From the NCBI GenBank assembly GCA_964612665.1, contig CAZTCI010000002.1, positions 83,659 to 147,658 on the forward strand: 64,000 bases of DNA. The letters run 5' to 3'. Under the pieces are notes generated by a model. That model saw nothing but the letters and a program-made list of their open reading frames with translations, made no database searches and was not told where the DNA came from. This DNA is from an uncultured Planctomycetales bacterium. GTDB taxonomy: Bacteria; Omnitrophota; Gorgyraeia; Zapsychrales; JAHFFX01. Each line of letters starts with the position of its first letter. The stretch's first letter is position 1. A program made the translations under genes and the position numbers. Below, one piece after another: positions 19,596 to 29,059 of the stretch.

Positions 19596-20220
19596 TACAA
19601 ATGCTACCTTCATTGCAGAGAAAAATAAAGCGGCTAATCAGCCGATTTTTTTATACACGCTCTATAACTACGATGGTGCAGGAAATAATTTATATTATGC
19701 CGAATATGATCAAGATGTTGTTTATCAGTCAATCAATGATGGATCACCCATCACCTACGTCGCATTTCCTATCACACACGACAATATCAGTGAGAATACC
19801 AGCGGCCAGATTGATAACGTCAAAATCAGTGTTGCCAACACTTCACGATTAATTCAAGCCTACTTGGAACTCTACGAGCTGCGCGGTAAAAAAGTTTCAA
19901 TCAAAACGGTATGGGCAAATCAGCTTGGAGATAATCAGGCTTTTGTTGAGCATTCGTATTACATCGATAGCTGGGTAGCTGATCAAGACACGGCTGCCTT
20001 TACCGTTAGCAGCAAGTTCGATGTTTTAGATAAGAAATTGCCAGGACGTAATTATTCGCGCACTGCATGTGCCTGGGCGCCCAGGTTTAAAGGCACTGAA
20101 TGCGGTTATATCGGTCCTGAAACCACCTGTGATGGCAGTTTGCAGCAATGCCGCATATATAACAATGTTTTGCGCTACGGCGCTCAACCGGCTGTACCAA
20201 GCCAGAAAATCTTCAGCTAA
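19585..20220 (+). CDS. minor tail protein L-like (C-terminal Cys cluster)
   Basis: 211 aa; C-terminal CAW...C.Y....C....QC cysteine cluster like the gpL Fe-S site. Confidence 0.6.
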   Translation: MPVNTNATFIAEKNKAANQPIFLYTLYNYDGAGNNLYYAEYDQDVVYQSINDGSPITYVAFPITHDNISENTSGQIDNVKISVANTSRLIQAYLELYELRGKKVSIKTVWANQLGDNQAFVEHSYYIDSWVADQDTAAFTVSSKFDVLDKKLPGRNYSRTACAWAPRFKGTECGYIGPETTCDGSLQQCRIYNNVLRYGAQPAVPSQKIFS

Positions 20221-20639
20221 TGGACCTTTTGACACAGGAAAAAACAATTGTCCGTAAATATTTGGACGTTAAATACAAACTTCGCGGACGAGCAGTGGAT
20301 AGCGGACTTGATTGCTATGGATTGATCGTAGCCATTTACAAAGACATGGGTTTTGAGCTTTTGGACATTGAAGAGGAGTACAACGAGGACTGGGCATGGG
20401 AAGGCCGGAACCATTTTATTGAGAATTATCACAATCAGTGGATCAAGGTAGAGTGGCCGAGATTTCTAGATGTGGTTTTGTTTAAGAATTCAAAAGGTAT
20501 TGCCAATCATGGCGGAATCGTGCTTCGGGATGACAGATTTCTACATTGCAGCAAAACCAATGTGACGGTCGGCCGGCTGGCTCAAGAGCCATGGGATAAA
20601 CGAATTGATGGGTTTTATCACTTAAAGGCACGCGGATGA
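20220..20639 (+). CDS. tail protein K-like NlpC/P60 peptidase
   Basis: DCYGLI (Cys nucleophile) and HGGIV (His) NlpC/P60 motifs. Confidence 0.6.
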   Translation: MDLLTQEKTIVRKYLDVKYKLRGRAVDSGLDCYGLIVAIYKDMGFELLDIEEEYNEDWAWEGRNHFIENYHNQWIKVEWPRFLDVVLFKNSKGIANHGGIVLRDDRFLHCSKTNVTVGRLAQEPWDKRIDGFYHLKARG

Positions 20640-23600
20640 TCAAAGTCACGCACATACCAAATATTCTTAATAATGAGAATCGCCGCGAGGTGGGGTTTGT
20701 TTATGACCGCGACAAAACTGTCCTTCAATATCTACAGGAATCCGGATTTGAACATGAAGGAATGCGGATTATTGTATCGGGCAAGAAAATTTCTGATTTA
20801 AGCGCGCGGTTAGATAAAGGTGATCAAATTCTTATTTTGCCTGATGTCAAAGGGCCTCTGATTCCTTTGATAGCAGCGGCATTTCAATTGTTAGTTGCCG
20901 CAATTGTAGCCCATCCATTCATTGCTGCCTTCGCATTTCTTTCAATCGGTTACAGTATTTATTCTTACGCCAGCACCAGCCGCAAGCCAGCATTTAATCT
21001 TAGCGGAGGTTCGGGCATTGACAGCGCATCGCCTACGTATTCTTGGGACGGGATTCAAACGACACAGTCAGTCGGTACACCAATTCCGATCATATTTGGA
21101 ACTCACAGAGCTGGCGGCAATATCATCAATCAGTTTATTAATACCGATGGTAATGACAATTATTTAAATATTCTATTGGCTCTTTGTGAAGGAGAAATTG
21201 AAGGCATTTCTAATATTGAAATCAACGGAAACCCTATTGAGAATTTTCAGAATATTACAACAGACCTTCGTTATGGTACGAACAATGAAACCATTGTTAG
21301 CAATTTTCATGATTTGCACAATATTTATGCGGTCAATGCGCAGCTGCAGCAAAGCAGTTCATATGTTTACACCACAATTAACAATGATGTGCAGGCCTTT
21401 GAGATTCATTTATCGCTGTCAAACGGACTTTATTATCAAAATTCCAGTGATGGGTCTATTAATCCGTGGGAGGTTGATTACCGTATCGAATACAAACTCA
21501 CAAGTAGCGGCACATGGATTGATCTAGGTGTTCAAGCCATTAATGATCAAAGTCGAACCAGTGTACAACGTATCTTTCGTAAAGATGGGCTGACAGCCGG
21601 TAAATATGATATTCGGGTTACGCGTACATCAGCTAATAGCGATTTTTATCACACCGGTGACTTATTCTTTCTAAGTGTTGATGAAATAAAAACAGAAGAT
21701 ATTGCCTATAACAATACTGCAAAAATAGGGATTAAGGCACTTGCCACCAATCAATTATCTGGAAGCACGCCTAATGTTACTTGCCTGGTTAAAGGTTTAA
21801 AAATTTTGGTTCCCAAAGTCATGCAGGGAGCCGTCGAGATTGCTTGGGATAACTATTATTGGGATCCGAATGCACAAATTTATAAGCTGCTTTCTGATAA
21901 TTCATCTCTCACATGGGATGGTACCACGTATGTTCGCCGGTATTCTGCCAATCCAGCTTGGTGCTTATATGAGTTGTTGACCAATTCGCGTTTCGGACTT
22001 GGGGAGGTTATCGCAACATCACAGATGAAAATATCTGATTTTGTTGAAATGTCTAAATATTGTGAGGAGAAAGTCAGTAATGGTAGCGGAGGTTATGAGA
22101 AACGATTCAGGATGGATGTTGTCATTGATAGTGCCAGTTCATCATTGGACATTATTTCACAGTTGGCTGCAGTCTTTAATGCGCTGCCATTTTACTCCCA
22201 AGGTTTGATTAAATTAAAAATCGATAAGCCGGATAGCCCAGTGCAGTTGTTTGGTATGGGCAACATCGTTGAGAATACCTTCCAACAGTCATGCAAATCT
22301 TACAAAGACATTTATAACGTTATTGAAGTTCAGTATCTGAATCAGGACATGGATTACGCGCAAGATACGATTTCCTTTATTGATGGAGTGGCTTTAGCCG
22401 CGGGGGATCCTGTCAGAAAGAAATCTATTCGGATTTTTACGACCAAAACGTCATATGCAGTACGGGCCGGCCGGTATGCGCTTTTGGTTGCCAAGTACAT
22501 CAATCGTTCCATTGCTTTTAATGCCGGTATTGATGCGATTGCTCTACAAGCTGGAGATTTGTTTGATTTTTCTCATGATGTGCCGGCATGGGGTTTGTCT
22601 GGAAGAATAATCTCGGGTACTACGACATCAGTTACGCTTGATCAATCGGTCACGCTTCAATCAAGTTTAAGTTATGTGGTGAGGGTCAAGTTTTCAGATG
22701 ACACTATTCAAGAAAGAACAGTGTCCAATGCTGTAGGCACATACACTGTTTTAAATGTGTCTTCTGCTTTTAGCCAGGCACCGCAGGCATTTGATGTTTA
22801 TGCCTTTGGCCAGACCAATAAGGTCGTTAAAACATTTCGAGCAGTCACGCTGCAGCGGATGAACAATTTTGAGGTAGCTCTGCATGGGATTGAATATAAC
22901 GAAGGTGTTTACGATGATTCTGCGGTGGTCCTTCCAGTCAATATCGTGTCTTCTTTGGATCCAACAATTCCTGAAGTCACTAATTTAGTGTTGAGTGAAA
23001 ATGCGGTTAATTTGAATGATGGCACGATTCAAGATGTTATTGATGTTTATTGGCAGGCTCCGGTTATTACCAATTCATTGCGCAGATATGCAAAGGCCAG
23101 GGTGTATATCTCTGCCGATAATGCTGCTAGTTGGCTTTTAGCCGGAGAGACGAGCGGCACCAGTTTCTCAATTCAAAGCGGGATCGCCGTAGGTAATCAA
23201 TACAAAATAGCAGTTGTATCAGTCACTGATCACAACGAAGAAAATGGCATTTTAATAAGCCCGCAGGCCACTATCACCACAATCGGCAAGAATTCACCTC
23301 CCAGCGATGTGACGAATTTCGCAGTAGATCAAAATAACAGTTTTCTTGATTTCTCATGGGATCCCATTCAAGACAGGGACCTAGCGCGCTACATCATTAA
23401 AAAGGGTAGCACCTGGGAGACCGGACAGGTCGTGGCTGAAAAAATAGATGTAACAAAGTTTACAGGTGAGGTGGGGGAAATCGGTCAGGTAACGTTCATG
23501 ATTAAGGCTGTGGATACCTCTGGTAATGAAAGCAATAATCCTGGCATTTATGACATCACCGTAGCACCACCACCAGATTTAAATTTCGTCGTGAATTTTG

Positions 23601-24301
23601 ACCCATGGGCAGCCAATCGTGAATACAAGTTAACTAATATTGCCCGGGAAGAAATGAATATTTTTAATCCAGTCTATGCGCGGGATGTCTTTTCATTAAT
23701 GACTTCACAAACTTGGGCAGATGAGCAAGCAACAGGAAAAGGTTGGGACGAAGCGGTTGCTGCTGGTGATTTGAATTTTAATAAGACTTTTCAGACATCC
23801 GGATCAATTGAACAGGTGGACCCGTGGGATCTGGGATTCTTGTTTGAATTTCATATCATCTTGGACATGTTATTTAACAACGTGGCCGGCGGCACATTGA
23901 CGATTCAAATTGCCATCAGTGAGGACAATGTCACTTGGGGCAACTTTGCCAATGTGGATGGATCAATTAATTATCGTGCCCGGTATATGAAGTTTAAATA
24001 TTTGCTTACATCCGATGGAACAAACAATCTTTATTTTTATGCTGGAACGATTTTTGTCAATGCGCCAAATGTGAGGGTGGCATGGTGGAGGGATGTCGCA
24101 GTTCCAATTGGCGGGGTGACCATTAATTTTGGAACGCCTTTTAACACGACACCTCGTATTACAGCATTAATTGTAAAGAATGCCGTGGGTGTGCCAGAGG
24201 TAGTATCGATTGATTTATCTACGATCACAGTCAAGGTTAAGGATTTAACAAATTCATATATTGGCACCTCAAAGGTTGATGGAGAGGTGAGGGGAAATTA
24301 A
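20636..24301 (+). CDS. tail tip/host-specificity protein (gpI-like N-terminus fused to gpJ-like central fibre)
   Basis: 1221 aa, position after K; N-terminal ~200 aa with hydrophobic segment as in gpI; FN3-like repeats downstream. Confidence 0.7.
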   Translation: MIKVTHIPNILNNENRREVGFVYDRDKTVLQYLQESGFEHEGMRIIVSGKKISDLSARLDKGDQILILPDVKGPLIPLIAAAFQLLVAAIVAHPFIAAFAFLSIGYSIYSYASTSRKPAFNLSGGSGIDSASPTYSWDGIQTTQSVGTPIPIIFGTHRAGGNIINQFINTDGNDNYLNILLALCEGEIEGISNIEINGNPIENFQNITTDLRYGTNNETIVSNFHDLHNIYAVNAQLQQSSSYVYTTINNDVQAFEIHLSLSNGLYYQNSSDGSINPWEVDYRIEYKLTSSGTWIDLGVQAINDQSRTSVQRIFRKDGLTAGKYDIRVTRTSANSDFYHTGDLFFLSVDEIKTEDIAYNNTAKIGIKALATNQLSGSTPNVTCLVKGLKILVPKVMQGAVEIAWDNYYWDPNAQIYKLLSDNSSLTWDGTTYVRRYSANPAWCLYELLTNSRFGLGEVIATSQMKISDFVEMSKYCEEKVSNGSGGYEKRFRMDVVIDSASSSLDIISQLAAVFNALPFYSQGLIKLKIDKPDSPVQLFGMGNIVENTFQQSCKSYKDIYNVIEVQYLNQDMDYAQDTISFIDGVALAAGDPVRKKSIRIFTTKTSYAVRAGRYALLVAKYINRSIAFNAGIDAIALQAGDLFDFSHDVPAWGLSGRIISGTTTSVTLDQSVTLQSSLSYVVRVKFSDDTIQERTVSNAVGTYTVLNVSSAFSQAPQAFDVYAFGQTNKVVKTFRAVTLQRMNNFEVALHGIEYNEGVYDDSAVVLPVNIVSSLDPTIPEVTNLVLSENAVNLNDGTIQDVIDVYWQAPVITNSLRRYAKARVYISADNAASWLLAGETSGTSFSIQSGIAVGNQYKIAVVSVTDHNEENGILISPQATITTIGKNSPPSDVTNFAVDQNNSFLDFSWDPIQDRDLARYIIKKGSTWETGQVVAEKIDVTKFTGEVGEIGQVTFMIKAVDTSGNESNNPGIYDITVAPPPDLNFVVNFDPWAANREYKLTNIAREEMNIFNPVYARDVFSLMTSQTWADEQATGKGWDEAVAAGDLNFNKTFQTSGSIEQVDPWDLGFLFEFHIILDMLFNNVAGGTLTIQIAISEDNVTWGNFANVDGSINYRARYMKFKYLLTSDGTNNLYFYAGTIFVNAPNVRVAWWRDVAVPIGGVTINFGTPFNTTPRITALIVKNAVGVPEVVSIDLSTITVKVKDLTNSYIGTSKVDGEVRGN

Positions 24302-24696
24302 TGGCACTCAAAGGATATTGTCCCAACTGCAAAATATTGGTCGATATGGTGGGGATTCAAACAATAAGGCTTGCCAATAAACAGTATGTGCAGAGCGGTG
24401 CTTGTGCAATCGATGGAAGCTCGGTTGTAAAAGCAATCGCTGATACAGAAATGTTAATTGTTCCGCCTGGGTATTATTTCCCAAAGACGGTGTATGCCGG
24501 TAAAGATACGCCGAGCAAAATAATCAATGATCACAACGGTCAGCAAATAATAACGGCCAAGGGTGTTGTGATATCAACCACAGCTAAGGATAAAAACATA
24601 AAAACGTTAGCTCAAATCGAGGAGGGGTTAAATGAAGATCAAAAGAATATTCGCGTTGATGTTAAGCGCGATGCTGTTGTTGCAGACATGGGTTAA
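24301..24696 (+). CDS. hypothetical phage protein
   Basis: 131 aa, ATGA overlap with the J stop. Confidence 0.3.
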   Translation: MALKGYCPNCKILVDMVGIQTIRLANKQYVQSGACAIDGSSVVKAIADTEMLIVPPGYYFPKTVYAGKDTPSKIINDHNGQQIITAKGVVISTTAKDKNIKTLAQIEEGLNEDQKNIRVDVKRDAVVADMG

Positions 24697-26290
24697 GGCC
24701 GATGAGACGATGTATCGGTACGACGAAAACTTTCCAACGGGTAGTTTCTCTTTAGCAAACTTTCGGGCAACTCTGCGAGGCTTGCATGAAATGGATAAGA
24801 TGCCGCTGCGGCCGCGCGCCAAGCGTTACATCGATGATATGGATTACAGTACCGATGCAGCTGCCCAGGCTGTTTATAGCGGTACCGGTGTCACGTTAAC
24901 GCATGAAGCTTCAATTATACAGGAGGGCAGTTATTCATTAAAGGCAGTGACCGATGCGACAGCCAACCGCAGTTTTTCGCGCACGTTCTCGGTCAATTTA
25001 AGTGCTTTTACAAAAATAACTTTATGGGAGAGGTCTTCCGGTACATCGCAAAGCATACGGTTTTATCTACAGGATGGAGCGGCGCATCAAAGTTATTGGA
25101 CGATTACGACCAGCGGTACCGCCAATACATGGAAACAAGACACGATTACTTTAAGCAGTCCATCGGGAAATAACGGAACGCCAGCCGACCTTACGAGTAT
25201 TACATCGTATGGATATTCCAATTTGACGGCATCAAGTACATATTATTTCGACACGATTAAATCAATTGTCGGAATGACTGTAGTAGTTACAGGGACAAAC
25301 CTTGGATCATATTACAATTCAGTTTTTATCGGTGTTAGTCCACTTCTAGTAAATGCTCAAGCTGCACCAACAATCACCGCACCCACATCAAATCCACGCA
25401 TTGATATTTTAAAGATCAATACCAGTGGGACCTTGTCATGGGTAATTGGAACAGAAAACAGCAGTCCGACTATTCCATGGGCAAACATGCCGCAAAATGA
25501 AATACCGATTTGTTTGGTCTACAACAAAGCGACTGAAACAAAAATATTGGATTATGAGGATCAGGCAACCGACACGAACCAAGGATATATTTTGGCCGAT
25601 GTGAGGCCGTTTTTAAACCTTGGCGCAGGTGCATGGGCCCAGGGGGCTAATATCGCATCGGCATCGAGCATCACACTGGGTAATGATGGGATCTTCTTTA
25701 TCATCACCGGAACAACAACCATTACCTCAATAACCGCAAAGCCGGCCGGTGCGGTGGTGTGGCTTAAGTTTGCCGGCATTTTAACGGTTCAAAGTGGGAG
25801 TAATTTATCTCTTAATGGTAATTTTTTAACTTCTGCCGGTGGGACGTTGCAGTTAGTTTCAGATGGAACTGCCTGGTATGAGGTCAGCCGTCAGCCGATT
25901 AAAACCACTTTTGTCGGTCAAACTGACACCCCATCCAGTTATTCCGGCCAGGCCAACAAAATCCTTGCCGTCAATTCTGGAGAAACTGGTGTTCAGTTTA
26001 TTACTACTTTACCGGTTTCAAATGGTGGTACCGGAGCAACGACGCAAAATTTTGTGGATCTATCGAATACCCAAACAGTAGGGGGAGTAAAAACTTTCTC
26101 ATCTGCTATTAAAGCTTCAGTCAATTTAAATAGCGGGTCAGTCACGAATGGAAGTCTAGGGCAGACAACCTGTGGTACGACTGGTACCTGCAATAACTGT
26201 GATGCGTATGTACCATCGGGATGTTATGTGCGCGGACAGCATCGCGACCCCGATGGTTCAGCCGGCTCTTTATATTATTGCTGTCCATAA
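24632..26290 (+). CDS. tail fibre/receptor-binding-like protein with signal-peptide-like N-terminus and Cys-rich C-terminus
   Basis: 552 aa in the side-fibre position; N-terminus MKIKRIFALMLSAMLLLQTWVKA; C-terminal CGTTGTCNNCDAYVPSGC...YYCCP. Confidence 0.4.
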   Translation: MKIKRIFALMLSAMLLLQTWVKADETMYRYDENFPTGSFSLANFRATLRGLHEMDKMPLRPRAKRYIDDMDYSTDAAAQAVYSGTGVTLTHEASIIQEGSYSLKAVTDATANRSFSRTFSVNLSAFTKITLWERSSGTSQSIRFYLQDGAAHQSYWTITTSGTANTWKQDTITLSSPSGNNGTPADLTSITSYGYSNLTASSTYYFDTIKSIVGMTVVVTGTNLGSYYNSVFIGVSPLLVNAQAAPTITAPTSNPRIDILKINTSGTLSWVIGTENSSPTIPWANMPQNEIPICLVYNKATETKILDYEDQATDTNQGYILADVRPFLNLGAGAWAQGANIASASSITLGNDGIFFIITGTTTITSITAKPAGAVVWLKFAGILTVQSGSNLSLNGNFLTSAGGTLQLVSDGTAWYEVSRQPIKTTFVGQTDTPSSYSGQANKILAVNSGETGVQFITTLPVSNGGTGATTQNFVDLSNTQTVGGVKTFSSAIKASVNLNSGSVTNGSLGQTTCGTTGTCNNCDAYVPSGCYVRGQHRDPDGSAGSLYYCCP

Positions 26291-26308
26291 ACAAGGAGAA
26301 AAAAGAAT

Positions 26309-26647
26309 ATGGAAGATTCAAAAAATAAAAATGAAATTCCTTGGGATGGCGTAGACAGACGACAACCCGAAGCATTAAAAGTCTCGACCTGGGTGATTCC
26401 TATTGTCATCAGTCTTTTAATCACATCTGGTAGTTATTTGACTGCCTTTGGTGGATTCAAAGAAAACGTGGTCAATTTAGATAAAAGGATCAATGCTCTT
26501 GAATCAGATAATGAAAAGCACAAAGAAAGAATCGTGATTTTAGATACGATTGTGCCTCTTCTTCAGCACGACATATCGGATATCAAGTCAGATATCAAAG
26601 AGGTCAAAGAAGACATTAAGAGAGTTTTAATAGCGGTCAAACAATAA
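26309..26647 (+). CDS. single-TM coiled-coil membrane protein (holin or spanin-like)
   Basis: TM segment WVIPIVISLLITSGSYLTAF then heptad-rich coiled coil. Confidence 0.3.
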   Translation: MEDSKNKNEIPWDGVDRRQPEALKVSTWVIPIVISLLITSGSYLTAFGGFKENVVNLDKRINALESDNEKHKERIVILDTIVPLLQHDISDIKSDIKEVKEDIKRVLIAVKQ

Positions 26648-26668
26648 ACAACAAACAGGAGGTTATTT

Positions 26669-26971
26669 ATGTGGGGAAAAATTAAACAGTTTTTCAGTAA
26701 TTTATTTAAAAATCCTTTGGTGATCAAATTTGAGAATTTTTTGGAACAAGTTTTTACTGCCGAGAAACCCATCATCATGGCAACGCTTAAGGACATCGCG
26801 ATTAAAGCGGTTCAAAGCGTCAATAGCATTGGTGATCTGACCAATGATCAAAAAAGGGCGCAGGCTTTTGGGCAGATTTCCGATTATGCCAAGGTTCAAG
26901 GTATTCAAGTGGGGGAATCCATGATTAATCTTGCCATTGAAATGGCCGTACAGGCTGTCAAAGGAAACTAA
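26669..26971 (+). CDS. holin-like small protein (possible LL-H type)
   Basis: 100 aa, RBS aggagg, position in the lysis cassette. Confidence 0.25.
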   Translation: MWGKIKQFFSNLFKNPLVIKFENFLEQVFTAEKPIIMATLKDIAIKAVQSVNSIGDLTNDQKRAQAFGQISDYAKVQGIQVGESMINLAIEMAVQAVKGN

Positions 26972-26972
26972 A

Positions 26973-27188
26973 ATGCCAATCTGGTTAACCATTCTTCTTG
27001 GATTAGGTGGAATTCTAAAAGAGGCGCTTCATGTAGCGGGGCTTGTAATACAGGCGCGCCTTGAAAAAGACCAGGAATTAAGAAAAACAAAGGGGGAAAT
27101 GCTCGATGCGGCCAAAAAAGCTATTGATACCGGTGATGTTGATAATATCATTAACCTTGCTGATAAGCTGCGCCAGCCAGGCAGTTAA
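26973..27188 (+). CDS. i-spanin-like protein (N-terminal TM + periplasmic helix)
   Basis: MPIWLTILLGLGGILKEAL TM then charged helical region; an overlapping out-of-frame lipoprotein gene follows. Confidence 0.35.
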   Translation: MPIWLTILLGLGGILKEALHVAGLVIQARLEKDQELRKTKGEMLDAAKKAIDTGDVDNIINLADKLRQPGS

Positions 27189-27327
27189 GCCGGCGCCAGT
27201 TGTAGAAATTAATATGACCCAGGACAAGGGTGTTTGGAAAGATAAAGACGGCAATTACGTTTTTACGCCGGATGCCTTATGGAGGATTTTTCAGATTAAG
27301 ATTAATGCGAAGTATACGACGAAATGA
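27106..27327 (+). CDS. o-spanin-like lipoprotein overlapping the i-spanin gene
   Basis: Lipobox LLISC after a signal peptide; overlaps 26973..27188 in another frame (Rz/Rz1-like architecture). Confidence 0.4.
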   Translation: MRPKKLLIPVMLIISLTLLISCASQAVKPAPVVEINMTQDKGVWKDKDGNYVFTPDALWRIFQIKINAKYTTK

Positions 27328-27363
27328 AAGAGTATATTAATTTAATTGTTTAGTCTACCCGAT

Positions 27364-27392
27364 TTGACAAAAGTCCTTTATTTTGTTACATT
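27364..27392 (+). promoter_or_regulatory. sigma70-like promoter (TTGACA-17-TACATT) flanked by GTTAC...GTAAC inverted repeat
   Basis: ttgacaaaagtcctttattttgttacatt; possible metalloregulator operator overlapping the -10. Confidence 0.4.
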
Positions 27393-27399
27393 CACACAC

Positions 27400-27699
27400 A
27401 TGATTCATTTTCGTAACAAACTTTTTCTGGCCCTAACTTTTCTTGCCTTCTCCATTTTTCTATCAGTTTCGCTGGGTGGAGAATTTCTACACCAGCACAT
27501 TCATCATCATCAAACTAAAGCTTCTCACGATGACTGCCCAGTATACCAATTGCTGGCGCAGGCATTTCTTTTTGTAATTGCTGTAGTATTTTGCTTACAA
27601 AAAGTTTGTATTTGTAGTACTGTCCCATCCGAAGAAATTTTTATTTCCCGTCAGAAATATCTCCTTCCAAGTCTTCGAGCACCGCCGGTTTCTCTCTAA
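27400..27699 (+). CDS. small two-TM His-rich membrane protein (HQHIHHHQ...HDDC)
   Basis: ATG only 8 nt after the -10 element and no RBS, so coding status is uncertain. Confidence 0.2.
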   Translation: MIHFRNKLFLALTFLAFSIFLSVSLGGEFLHQHIHHHQTKASHDDCPVYQLLAQAFLFVIAVVFCLQKVCICSTVPSEEIFISRQKYLLPSLRAPPVSL

Positions 27700-27748
27700 A
27701 CATAATTTTGGTTAGTAGCGTTTTATTTACCAATTTTAGGGGGGAACT

Positions 27749-29035
27749 ATGCGTAAATTCGTTATTTTGTTTATCCTTTTTTATCAATTATGTTTTTTAA
27801 ATCAAAATTTATTGTGGGCAGACTCATCTGTAGAAGAAGACATGAGAGTGATGAAAGAACAATTCGCTACTATGCAATCGAAAATGAATGCGCTAGAAGA
27901 TAAGGTTACTCATCAACAGGAACAGATCAATGGGTATGAAGCTTCTAAACAAGGGTATGAAAGACGCATTGCCGATCTGGAAGATCAACTGGCAAAACAG
28001 CCCATTCAATCGTCAGCGCCTGCAGCAATAGGGGGTAATCGTTTAATCCCTGCCAAATGGACGCCCGAGATTGGAGTCATGGCTGATACCGTATTGAAAT
28101 TAGACAGTTCCAAAGCAGATGTTGAGGGGAACAACCGTCTTTCTTTAAGGGAATTAGAATTAATATTGGGCAGCAATATCGATCCATTTTCACGGTTGGA
28201 TGCGACCATTTCATTTTCTGATTCAGAAAATCCTGACTTGGAAGAAGCCTACATAACTCGTTTTGGACTTCCCTTTGATACGACCGCTAAGATAGGTGAA
28301 TTAAAGCCTCGGATAGGAAAAGTCTTGGGTGTGCATAGGGACGGCATAGAAACAGTGGATGAACCGCTGGTTATTCAACGTTACTTCGGCACTGAAGGAA
28401 TGCATAAAGCCGGCGCTGAAATAACCAAAACATTGGATCTGCCATTGCCAGTTACACAACAAGTCATGCTAGGCGTGATGCAAGGGGGTAATGGCGATAA
28501 TGGGACTGCTTTTGGGACGACTAGCAGAGCGCCCACCCTTTATGGTCATCTCAAAAATTACAGAGACCTTTCAGATACGATGGGTTTGGAATTTGGGACA
28601 TCCTATATGGGAGGCTCCAAGGATGAGAACCCTAATTTTAATTCTCAAATTCTGGCCTTCGATACAACCTTGACGAAACATCTCAATGCCAACCAGGACA
28701 TCAAATTACAAGCGGAAGCTTTTAACTTAAACCGCAAAAAGACGGTAGATGCCGATGGTAATTTATGGGGTGCCTACGGATTATTGGATGTTCATTTTCT
28801 TCCCGCATGGTCAGCCGGTCTTCGTTACGATTATGCCGAGTTGGTGGATAATCCAGTCGATAATCCCCGCAAGGCGGATTATGGCGGTACGGCTTATTTA
28901 ACCTTCGTTCAAAGTGAATTTGCTCGCTGGCGTGTGCAGTATGAGCATACCGTGCTTGCTACAGGAAAAGATGACAATACCGTTTATTTACAAGGGACCT
29001 TTGTCATCGGCGATCATAAACATAAATTACAATAA
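27749..29035 (+). CDS. outer-membrane beta-barrel (porin-like) protein with N-terminal coiled coil
   Basis: Signal peptide, coiled coil (EDQLAKQ), alternating-hydrophobic beta-strands to the C-terminus; adjacent to znuA. Confidence 0.45.
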   Translation: MRKFVILFILFYQLCFLNQNLLWADSSVEEDMRVMKEQFATMQSKMNALEDKVTHQQEQINGYEASKQGYERRIADLEDQLAKQPIQSSAPAAIGGNRLIPAKWTPEIGVMADTVLKLDSSKADVEGNNRLSLRELELILGSNIDPFSRLDATISFSDSENPDLEEAYITRFGLPFDTTAKIGELKPRIGKVLGVHRDGIETVDEPLVIQRYFGTEGMHKAGAEITKTLDLPLPVTQQVMLGVMQGGNGDNGTAFGTTSRAPTLYGHLKNYRDLSDTMGLEFGTSYMGGSKDENPNFNSQILAFDTTLTKHLNANQDIKLQAEAFNLNRKKTVDADGNLWGAYGLLDVHFLPAWSAGLRYDYAELVDNPVDNPRKADYGGTAYLTFVQSEFARWRVQYEHTVLATGKDDNTVYLQGTFVIGDHKHKLQ

Positions 29036-29059
29036 AATATCCTAACCAAAGGTGGTCAT

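Noticed and set aside
27346-27399. ORF-track start at 27346 (TTG) giving a 117-aa protein
   Set aside because: That region contains the -35/-10 promoter elements. The first ATG is at 27400, and even that product is doubtful (no RBS).
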